Assembly (NCBI RefSeq): GCF_001186125.1
Contig: NW_014039998.1
Location: 8,900-54,573 of the forward strand
Length of the DNA: 45,674 nt
Direction: 5' to 3'
DNA from: Sphaeroforma arctica JP610
Lineage: Eukaryota
The position numbers and the translations under genes are program-made. The number at the start of each line of letters is the position of its first letter. The first letter of the stretch is position 1. Shown piece after piece: positions 22,194 to 33,500 of the stretch. The notes beneath the pieces were generated by a model. It searched no databases and was not told where the DNA came from. It worked only from the letters and a program-made list of their open reading frames with translations.

Positions 22194-25100
22194 TCACCCG
22201 GGCGCTGGGGGTGGTCCTTCCTGCCCAGTATTATGACTGTGCCTGTGTTTGTGCTGAGGACAGAATAAGAGAAGTTAGGAAATGAGGTTGATGATCATTC
22301 TCGCTTGGCCGCGATGTATGACAGAAGATATCAAAGCGGATTCCTAGGGGATGCTACCATGGGTACGAGCAAAGGCGGTGTGTGTGATATGGATCCACTT
22401 AGAATTGTGGTCCGCAACATGGTAGTTGAAGGCCCAGATCACAGTTATCTCTACCGATGGCCAGCGATATTTAGTCTAGGCCAGTCACGCCCTAGAAAAA
22501 TTTCAAACGGTAGCACTTCCGTCTAAGCTCAATCGATCCGTTAGCCGGATTACATAGGATCTCTAACCGCGTCACTCGTGACTGTTCTTTAGAATAAAAC
22601 TTATGTAGTGCGTATATGTGCACCTGATGTTCAGGTCAACACCTTGTGCTCAATTTCCAAAAGTTTTGTATTCTCTTTTATTATTCTCTGTTGACTAATG
22701 GCTTGGTTTCAACTACAAGCCTATCTCGGATCACACCAAACACGACCGTCCGATACACTCACAACAACACGATACGACTAACCATCAGCACACGAACACT
22801 TACCGCCGACTTGGATTTCTTGGCTTTTTTCTCCTTCTTATCCTTCTTTTCCCGTTTGACCTTCTTCCTGTGGGGTTCTCCACTCTCAGAGTGACCTCGA
22901 GGATCGTCCCTGGTATGTGTACGGTGTCCTCCGGTAGCGTGGTGTCGGTGGCTATCAGTGGCGGGCCGTGCCCCGTGTCTATCCGTCGCCATGGGTCTCC
23001 TGCCGGCCGATGTGCCTGGCGATCCTTTACATATGGAACATGTGTACGGGTTTAGTTTATAAAATCAGAATCAGCCGACGTATGTATTTCTGTATAATGA
23101 TTAACGAAGCATAGACACGCCGCGGGTTGTATACGGGTTGCACCAGATGAAATACTCTCCACCACGTATGCATATTCGTGAGTGTGAAGTGACGATAGTG
23201 CTGATAGTCTCTAGCCCTCGCAGCAGTCCATTTGCGTCCTTGAAGAGAGTCCAGCAGCCACGTGTTCGAACTGAATGTTGAGTGCTGAATTAACGAATTT
23301 ACTCGCCACATATGCAATTTTGTTTACCACACGGGTGGATCTGGAAACAACCAAATGTGAATCTATATCTAGAATGCAATTCGCTGTATACCAAATCTGC
23401 TTTGGATAAATATACTTGAGTCTGTGGACGACATTTGTGTGTATTACAACACAAGTAGTCATGCTTATGACATACGTGGATATGTTTACAAAATACGCAG
23501 ATCAATCTGACAACATATGTGAATTTTAGGGTTTAAGGTTTAGAGTTTTGGCTTACAACATACATGATTCTATTTGACTTAAGAAGTTCTACTGATGACA
23601 TACGTAGTGCCATTTCAAACATACGAAGCCCCCTGGTAGTAACTATCACCGTCATAATCCGTCTACTTCACACTCTTTGTATAAGTTGCGTCACACAATA
23701 GTATTAATGTGGATGTGCTCACAGCAAGTGGTTCTATCCGACATAAGTAGCCGTGCCGGTGATAAACGCAGATCTGTTAAGTACACGCGGATCTGTTAAA
23801 AATTTATATAGGCCCATCTTATAGCATATATGAAATGCGCATATAGCATACATGATTCTCTTTATATCACAGTAGTCCTACTGGTAACACATGTAAAACA
23901 GTTAGCAACATACGTGGTTCCAGCTTGAAAACACTGGCCATCCGCGACGGATCAAGTGGTTCCAGGGCCCGGTTTGACATGTTGGGGGTCTCAATCAAAG
24001 AGTACAGCCATGACTGCCTCTCGTACTTCTCAGCCTCTAATAAAGACGAACATACAACATGCGATAGAAGACATTGTAAGTTCTTACTATCAGTGGTGGT
24101 GGTGTAATGACTCGGACTAAGGGCCCCCTGAAGGCATATGCAGCGCAGATAAGAAGAGGAAGCGAAAAGCACAGCGACCCTTTGATCTGTTGGGCGTCTG
24201 GGCCTTCGGACGGATAGGCGACATGTATGAATGAGGGTCATTGATTGCGACTTTACGTGGTCTTGACATATAGAAATACGGGGCATTTCCGCTTGTGTCA
24301 TGAAGAGGCGATGGGACCGTAAAGAAGATGCACACGAATACCATCTAGAGTTGGAAAGTGATGAATAATTAGTATTGTCCCTATACATGCCCACGACTAC
24401 CAGCTAGAGCTGTAAAGCGGAAAATGCGTCTTACTTCCTTTGTGAGAAAGTGAGGTGCTGAGTGGTACATCCCCAAAAATGAACAGATGTCACATTGGAA
24501 GCCCGTCCAAACAACGCATCAATCTGCCGGGCGTGCTGTCTGGGCTAGCAATTATTCTTATGTATTGACAATAGTCATCGAGTGGAAACGAGATCCTGAT
24601 CGCCAACAGACCACAACCGAAGATCAGTGAACAGTGTATCTATCCGTGACCACAATACCTTCTAACAATTGAGGATCACCAGATTTACTGTCCCATACGA
24701 TTGAATTCCGCTTGTCGATGATGACCAGATTACCGTCATACCGAAGCTTACTGCAAAGCGTGTGGTCGATGAGTGAGCATTGATCACCCAAAGTCTCAGA
24801 ACGGTACCATTTACACGTACAGAAGATGGATACCCGTGCTGCCAGATGTAGAAGAATCGTACAAAGACAGAGAGATTGAACTTAATAGCGGAAGTCCATA
24901 GTAATCAGTCCTATGTATGCGCTAAACCACAATACCAAATCATATAGGCCATTACAAAAATTAGGCATACACCGTATATCCGCAGACCTATAATACGATC
25001 TTCCAGACCAAAACCACCGCAAGTACTATACATCCGCAAATCTGCTACAACAGACCATTCAGGTAGAACGCAACTGCTATCGCATGCACTAACTATCCGC

Positions 25101-27202
25101 AAACCTATTATACCGATAGCACCGTTTGACAGGCTGTACACCTATCTAATACGCCATACCATTTAACAAACTATACATCTATCTGATGCGCCATACCATT
25201 TAACAGGCTGTACATCTATCTAATACGCCATACCATATAACAGGCTGTACACTTATCTAATACGCCATACCATTTGACAGGCTGGCACCTATCTAATACA
25301 CCATACCATTTAACAGGCTGTACACCTATCTAATACGCCACACCATTTAACAGGCTGTACACCTATCTAATACGCCATACCATTTAACAGGCTGTACACC
25401 TATCTAAAACGCCATACCATTCAACAGGCTGTACACTTGTCTAATACGCCATACCATTTAACAGGCTGTACACCTATCTAATACGCCATACCTCCTAACA
25501 GGCTGTACATCTATCTAATACGCCATACCTCCTAACAGGCTGTACACCTATCTAATACGCCATACCATTTAACAGGCTGTACATCTATCTAATACGCCAT
25601 ACCATTTGACAGGCTTTGTGATCTCGGGATCTTCAGGTTGGACCGACCATACGACAGCACCCTGAGCGTTCACCAGCGACAACTTGCCTTCCTCGGTCAG
25701 AAACAGCGCAGTACCGCCGAGACCTGCACGACAACCAGAAGCAAGTGCGTGAGTTTCGATACAATTGAAAACCTTAAGCGCCTCGCCAACCGCTACCAAA
25801 CCGGTGACATAGGTCACCTCTACTCAGTAGTAAGTTTCACATCAAGCCCAGGAACCTTTGTACAATAATAGGTGATAGCTGTCCAATTGGCTTCTGCGGT
25901 GTTTTTGTACCGACCGCTCACACAGGACATCTCTGCTCAGCAGGGTATTCAAGGGTATTGTGTATATCTTCTCCGTACGCCTATGGGGTTCGTAGCGAAA
26001 ATGTGCGTACGCGACGCCACTAAGAAAAGTGTTCTCCATGTATTTGGTGTGTGTGTTCTTTACATACAGTTTACACTGTTAGATGTTATCTGCCCAACTG
26101 GCTTCTGTGTTTTGCTCGCGCACAACTCGGTTTCACCAGCTCAACTACGGTCTGGAGAAAGCACGCGTATGCAACCGAAATATCATGAGGTGTACAAACT
26201 ATGTGTTCTACTGCCGATACACAGCATGAATAGGTAGGGGCATCGACTAGCCTGCTTGGCTCTCTACACATACCGGAAGTTCTGGGCTCCCACACGCGAT
26301 TGTCATTCATTGTGATTAACAGATCGCCGCTGACATCTATGCTAAATGTGGCACCAGAGGCAGACTTAAGGCCTTCGTTGGGTTTAATACAGTCCCCTGG
26401 GAAGAGGGTGTCGGCTGTGACAAGACAGATTATATATTAATTATTTGCATTTATGATTTAGATATATGACTGTATTCGGTATGTATACAATGATGAATAA
26501 ACGTGTATGATCAAGGACGAGTATGCACATACAAACAATATAAGCATCGCATATGGCAGAACGACAGTAATAAATGAGCGACGCTGTACCACGCCCTACA
26601 CGCTCTCGCGCAGATGACTTATTGATCGTTGTGAGAGGATCACAACATTACCTGAGAAAACATATTTGCCATATTTCAACCACAGTCTGGACAAGGCGCC
26701 AGCCACTACGAGATGAACATTGACGAAAAACAATACGAAAGACCAGGTGTGTTTTATTGTCTACGCAATACAGGCGAAGAGAAATCGGCCGTTCGAAAAA
26801 AACACAGAGAAAGTAGCATAGTATAATAGTATGAGTGACTAGATTCACTTTAGTATACACTCCAATACATTCCCAATGCTCACAACGGTCGGGTTGTGTG
26901 TGACTGGTGGTAGCGAAGTCTGATACGATACAAACTGTTTCAATTATTCCCAGGACTGCCTGGTTCACGATGCTATGTTAAGCTGAGGGAAGTTGAATGG
27001 AAATTGAGCCGAAATTCGAATGCCGGCACATACAGAGTACAGGTATTCCCGGAAGGTGGTCGACAAGTGCATACATAGAGGGCCTGGGGTTATAATCCTG
27101 GAAATCAGACAAAGTATGGGACACTAGCATTAGGCAATGCACGAATAAAATTCAAACCATATTGCATCCATCAAGACGCATCACTTGAATATATAAATTA
27201 TT

Positions 27203-27255
<53 letters not shown>

Positions 27256-27320
27256 GTGTGTGTAGTGTGTGTTGTGTGTGTGTGTGTGTAGTTGTTAGTT
27301 AGTTAGTTTAGTTATATTAT

Positions 27321-27387
<67 letters not shown>

Positions 27388-28506
27388 ATACATATATATA
27401 TATACGTCTATATCTAAAAGTATCTATCTCGATACTAATGCAACGGGGACAGTACGCAGAGCTCTCGCTGTTTTCGGGAGAGAAGCACGGGGCTAAATGA
27501 CAGGCGCTGTGGGGACATACCTTCTTGTGGTGCGCAAACAGAGCTGTCAAGTTGTGCCTCTCAACGAGTTGTTTGATTTCCGTCGCCAGTAACACCGGCG
27601 GTTGGCCTAAGACGTTTATAAGAATAGAACGGTTACAGACAGCTGTCGCAGGGTTGGTGTGGGGAGTGTGTTGCGCTAGCTACAACGAACGAGCAGTACA
27701 TATGAACCCACAGCGTGAGTGTGACCCAGACTTACGTACCAGCCAGACAGATGTTTGTGTACAAGTGGACGAAATATACTGCCGTCTGTACGGGTGTCCT
27801 ATCAACGAACTCGCATGATCATGCAGATATTCAAGACGGTTACCTACGCTATTCGGGCACTGAGTGATGTGTGTATACTCAGACTCGCTAGTATCACCAT
27901 CCATATGGACGTCGCAGATGCAAGGATGCATGCAAAGTTCGTGACAAAGCACGTACAGCGTTTGACATCATTGAGCGCATGTAATTGCAGATACGACATT
28001 TGGGTGAGATATTCGCACGCAATTGGGATATACACGTTGACTGACGACACGCGCCAAGGCCTTGACCGCTTTCCATCGATAAGACAGATAGACATGGTCA
28101 TGTGCACGCAGATGCTCGGGTAGCATCCCTATCTTGGCTGCTAAGTGCATGATGTATACGTCTATGGGGGAAGGTAAATGCTATCCTTGGGTGAAAGAAT
28201 TACTACGACTCCGATGATCCAACTGAAGCAGGGGCATTACCACGACCAGCTAGTGCAAGGCAAATGCATAAAACACTTTATATACATGCGAATATAGTCC
28301 ACTAATTCATATACATATACATATAGTTCACCAAAGCATCTGAGTAAACACACCTGAAATTAAAGCAGGGGTACTTACATAGCCCGATAGTTGAAAATCA
28401 TAAACGTGCATAACTCTTTTAACTTCAGTGATCAAAGTTGTGCAAGAGGCAGTACCACGACGACAATTATATGACAACACCCCCGTACACGAACACACTA
28501 CGTCAC

Positions 28507-28565
<59 letters not shown>

Positions 28566-28787
28566 TATGATCCACCGAAGTGTCTGAGTGCGCGCATCTG
28601 GGGCTAAGGCAGAGGTGTTGTCCCAATCCGATAATTTGGACGCATAGATGTATATATTCATATACATATACATATCCATACACATATACATGACTGACTA
28701 TACACACCCGTGCCAAGGCATGGATACTAGCACAGCAAGAAGAATAAATCGGATAGAAATTTATATCACCAAATACGTACATTTATA

Positions 28788-28852
<65 letters not shown>

Positions 28853-29390
28853 GGGGTGTGTGCGTGTGTGTGTGTGCGTATGTGTGTGCGTGTGTATGTG
28901 TGTGTAAGTGTGTGTGTGAATGTGTCTGATTATACATACCTACTGCTAAAGCATGGATACTATCATGACCCCGCATACAATTCTAGAATCAGACGCATAC
29001 ACATGTACATATACACATACATGTCTGAATATACACTCCTGGTGCAAAGGCAAGGGTGCTATCTTGACCAGAGAGTATAAAAGCATAGAAGCCTATATAT
29101 TTAAATACCAATACATATACAAATAGGACACAAAGTGTTTGACCATACACACCTGGTGCTAAGGCAGGGGTGTTATCATGACCCTAGAGTATAAAAGCAT
29201 AGAAGCCGATATATTTAAATACAAATATATATACAAATAGGACACAAAGTGTTTGACCCTACACACCTGGTGCTAAGGCAGGGGTGTTATCGTGACCAGA
29301 GGGTTTGAAGGCGTAGAAGTCTTTATCGACACCAACCGGTGAGGGTGCATCAAACCCTTGATAGGCGGCCGTCGCCTCAGGCCCAGCCAT
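22194..29390 (-). CDS. MED19: MED19-like Mediator subunit; proposed 10 exons (29390-29267, 27675-27521, 27097-27034, 26705-26652, 26414-26274, 25723-25603, 24750-24659, 24036-23914, 23024-22804, 22253-22194), ~384 aa including a lectin-like insert
   Basis: KQLVERHNLTALFAHHKK|DYNPRPSMYALVDHLPGI and SWLYSLIETPNMSNRALEPLDPSRMASVFKLEP resemble the two halves of the Med19 core (metazoan NLITHYNL..Y.KF...LSNFLPDLPG and SSLRSLIEKPP....F.P.....L.GFRL, recalled from memory). A typical Lys/His-rich tail follows (RKKVKREKKDKKEKKAKKSKSA|HKHRHSH). The model totals 1155 nt, is open, and uses GT-AG throughout. Confidence 0.62.
24659..26414 (-). CDS. Bulb-type (B-type/GNA-like) lectin domain encoded by 3 exons (26414-26274, 25723-25603, 24750-24659) inside the MED19-like locus
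   Basis: Spliced peptide ADTLFPGDCIKPNEGLKSASGATFSIDVSGDLLITMNDNRVWEPRTS|GLGGTALFLTEEGKLSLVNAQGAVVWSVQP...VK|CKLRYDGNLVIIDKRNSIVWDS. It has a DTL.PG..L...L.S start and three xxDGNLVx...VW-type repeats, as in beta-prism II lectins. Confidence 0.75.
25129..25615. repeat. 37-bp minisatellite, ~13 units, continuous with the donor of lectin exon 25603-25723
   Basis: Unit acaggctgtacacctatctaatacgccataccattta. On the minus strand it reads cctgttaaatg|gtatggcgtattagataggtgtacag, i.e. the exon end plus donor. Confidence 0.95.
27206..27403. repeat. (TA)n/(TG)n microsatellite in a MED19-like intron
   Basis: Directly visible. Confidence 0.95.
28597..29325. repeat. ~114-bp decaying tandem copies of the MED19-like exon-1 3' end + donor
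   Basis: acacac ctggtgctaaggcaggggtgttatc.tgacc at 29261 (real) and ~29147, ~29033, with more diverged copies at ~28935, ~28703 and ~28597. Confidence 0.85.
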
Positions 29391-30046
29391 TATGATCTGC
29401 TCCTATTATTTTATAGTATATAGTAGCCAGCACTGTGTTGTATGTCACCTCTCTCTGCAACACATTATCTCGTTGAAGTGTGTGAAGGTGTGAAGGTATG
29501 CACCACACGTTAATACTAGTTGTTTATGTCTAGGTAGAATAGATATCAACTATCTATATGCATACATATGAGCACTCTCGCGTATGTACATATTACATAC
29601 GAACACTTTCTCGTATATTTATAGGCATGTATTTATGTATTTTTGACCGCTTAGATCTACGTTTTGAGTTTTCTCTCTAGGGTTTTAGCGTGAACCGTTC
29701 CCGTTTCCCGCCGCAAACATTTTATTATAGCTCTAATTAATCTATACGGATAAATAAGCGTTTACGTTTAACTTTTATCAAATTATGCCCCGGTATATTT
29801 TACTATACTTTTTCTCAGAACGTAAATATTATATATAAAAATAAACACTCGTCAGAAAACAGGTACCGTTACTACCGTATGGACTCGTATTTATTATATG
29901 TGAAAGTATCGCCGTTATCTCAACTAGATCAGTGGCAACTAATTGACATACACTGGACAGCAACTGCGCTCGCGACACTTAGAGCACAACAAACCTACAG
30001 TAAATATCTTGGTATATGTATATGCGTACATGTACACAGCGTAAGA
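29391..30046. promoter_or_regulatory. Putative bidirectional promoter between the MED19-like gene (-) and the coiled-coil gene (+)
   Basis: The ATGs are 656 bp apart head-to-head. The interval is AT-rich, with TAGGGTTT at 29678-29685, TTTCCCGC at 29704-29711 and a probable 5'UTR intron (cag|gtaccg ~29863 to tacacag 30039). Confidence 0.5.
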
Positions 30047-30460
30047 ATGGCGAATTTGAGGACCGGAGAGTATTCATCTCCGCGCCAGAACGGCGAAATG
30101 GGTTTTGACTCCCCAGCGAGAGATGAGGTGAGCAATATGCTATCAAGCTGTATGATGCGGCCTGGTTCACTGACATGCATCATGTCTTCATAGCTGTTAG
30201 TGCAAATATGTATTATCAAAGATTTATTTGTATACTTACCAACTGGATAGCGTTGATATAAAAGTATTCGATGAAGTCAATTTACATGTTGCCTGTTGAC
30301 TATCTTGTAAGTGTGGGTTGGAGAGTATATTGAGGAAAGTGGATGCATACAATGATAGCGGGTATATTGTCGCTCTACTAATTTTAATACATTCTGATCA
30401 CAAAAATGCGCTTAATTTTTCAACGCACGACGAACATACGTACAGGTGTATGTACACGTG

Positions 30461-30537
<77 letters not shown>

Positions 30538-33500
30538 ATNTATNTGTNNNNNNNNNNNNNNNNNNNNATATATATATAGGAGTATATACATATATATATA
30601 TGTATATTGTGTGTGTGTGTAACTGTAAATGTATATGTAAAATTATTTGAATGTATATATATATGCATATATATATCTTTATATATATATATATATATAT
30701 ATATATTCATATATATATGTGTGTGTGTATGTGTGTATGTATGTATGTATGTATGTATGTATATGAGAATAAATCTGTGGATAGGTTATTAAACGTGGGA
30801 ATACATGCACGTGTATGTATCAATAGCAGCATACCTTTGGTTCTCTATATGAGTAGATTCATACGCCTGATTATATCTCAGGTACCTTAAAACGTAGAGA
30901 TTAGTTTTCTGTTCGTTCAATATTAATATACTTCTCCACATAAAGTATATGTATACATATTCTTTTGGGTCCTTGTACCTTGTATGTGTGTGTACTATAT
31001 ACGAAAATATATTTATATACATATATCTATATGATTCTTCAGATTTTTATTTACTGAAGCGGACGCATTCTCTTAATATTTGAACATATATATAGATATA
31101 TACAGACATGCATGTGTGAAATCATATGTGATTATGTATTTGTTACCGCATATAAAGAACCCACTAATTCTGCTAGCTATATGTATGACATAGGCCTCAA
31201 ATGACTGTAATTGTGTGTGTCCTTGATAGCCTCTTGTTTGTCTAACACGCTTAGTTAATGCGGTGTAAAATACACTGCACGGGTCCATACTTTTATATTT
31301 CAACGAACGAATGTAATATCGTGAGTTTATGCGACTTTACGGGAGCTATGAAACCCACACGCGTCCATTGCGTACACGATAGTATCAATCGCCCCAATTT
31401 CCAACCCAACCGAAGTTCCATGTAGCATAAGGTGTACATCTACACCGTTTTATTCAGAGTCTAAATCATGTACTCGCTATATCCAGCAAGCGCCAGCTGT
31501 ATACGTTGAGTGTGGAGGGTGTCCCTCTCGCAGTTCTTTCTGCATATACCTATCACTCTATTGAAAGGCAAGGCATGCACTCCAATTGCCCCATCACAGC
31601 GCTACCGACAATTGGCTCAGGACAAACAGCTACTCGAAAGGAAACTGGCAGAGTTGAAGAAACAAGTAGACGGATACCGACGGGAAAACGAAGCTCTGAA
31701 GCTAGATTCCGTCGACATACAAGCCGATCTGAGGCGCAGCAACGACCGAATCCGCTCGATGGAAGAACAGGCAAGGCGCGATGAGCGTGTGTTCGAGGAG
31801 CTCGAAGAAAGGCTCGCCGACGCTAGTGAGGAGAATCTCAGGCTGAGAGAGGAGTTACAAATGTATGAGTCGCCTGCGGACGGAACGTGTCGTTGTGATA
31901 CTACATGCCTGATAGATTGCTTGTTTCTAGTGTCTTGCGAGTGAATCACGTTACTTTTGGGGTTTTAGATTACGCTTGACGGACAGTGTGTTGGTGATGT
32001 TCTATTTATCTCGTGCGTACTACCTGTGTTATAGGACTGTACCTGATAGACTGCGCTGTGGTGATCTCCGCCACATTGTCTGTGTGATTTGGCGTCGCCC
32101 GTAACAAGCTGTCTGTTAATTAAGTCTTGCCAAGTTGCTATGTTTTATTGATAAACACAGCTGCATGGCTCACTAAAATTCATTGTTTTCTTTTGTGATG
32201 ATACCAAGTATCTTTGTATGCTTCTTGGCCACCAAAATAGTAGAATCAAGCGCAGAGAAATCCGGCAGAGCCGATGAGTTTTTAATTGTATCGACCGCAG
32301 CACCGCATTGTCCGAGGAATATTAATTTACACAGAAACCACCGATCTAAGCCCTAACTCCTAATCTGGTACCATCAGGTGCACTGACGAGAGAGATGTAG
32401 CTGTCAGCAAACTACGTGAGCAAAACAAGGCAAAGTTTGATCATGATGGCATCATCAATGAACAAATGCAGCGACTTGAGGCCCTGAGAGCGGAAAATAC
32501 AGAGATTGACTCGCACCTTCAGGTGAGTTTGATCGATTATTTTATGCACTTGTATGCGCTCGTCCGTGACAGCCACCGCATGATTACTTTAGCACATAGT
32601 ATTGTAGCTGCAGCAATTGGCACTCTACAAATAGTACGGGTCTGGTGTGGGATTACATACGTACACGGACTGAGTGTTTGCATACGGCCGTGCTCACAGG
32701 GGGCCAAGCGAGCATTAGAACAGGAGCGCCACATCAGTACGGGACTGAACATGGAAATACAGTCGATAAATGAAAACCTAATGGCTCGTGGCCAGGAAGT
32801 GCAGGATCTCGTTGCAAGGAACAGAGCTCTGGAGGAGCAGATGATGACGCTGAGGTATGTATACTTGTGGGTTTAGACTCGTAATGTCAGTGTGGCTCTT
32901 TGGAAGTACTTTCTCCGGTGTGTAGTCATTTTCATTGCCCATGCATGTTGAAGATTAATTATGATATGCCAACTGACGTTGACCTCGGCCGTCCAAATGA
33001 TTGGTATGTGTCCGGATTGTATATTTCTTATGATTGCATGGCAATTTGTACCAATTTCAGAATTGCTTAGCATGTATTTTCCTCGAACAAAAGCTAACCA
33101 TATTTCATTCGCTCGCAGAATACAAACAGTCAGTAAAGAGTCGTATGACTCGTTGGCGGCGCAAGTGTCGCAAACAGCCCTCAGGCTGGAGCGTACGGAG
33201 ACCGAGCGAGAGACTTTGAGGAAAGACTCGCAGGTTGGATTGAGTCAGCTGGAGAATCAGTTAATTGGCATGCGAGATCAGCAGGTATAGTATACCCCAG
33301 TTGTGTCACACTTCAGGCTTGGAAACAATCGCTCAATGGTAGTAGTCCGATTTTCCGGCTCTATTATAATAGGTTGACGGTCCTCTTTCAAATTTCTGTA
33401 GGCTAATCTGGTAAGCCGCTACCGTGCTGTTGTCGCGGAAAACAAGCAACTGCAAAAAGATGTTGATACTAATCTAAAGCGATATCAGGGTCAAACGGGA

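Noticed and set aside
23525..23550. Telomere-like ttttagggtttaaggtttagagtttt
   Set aside because: Only three degenerate units inside an intron; too short to call an interstitial telomere.
23620..23740. Possible extra micro-exons (QPLA; TDYDGDSYYQGAS) in the MED19-like gene
   Set aside because: Exons 23914 and 23024 already join in frame, and the extra exons would need a further unsupported phase-2 exon.
25129..25615. 37-bp repeats of CRISPR-like length (likewise the 47-bp array)
   Set aside because: Units are head-to-tail with no unique spacers, there are no cas genes, and the context is a eukaryotic intron.
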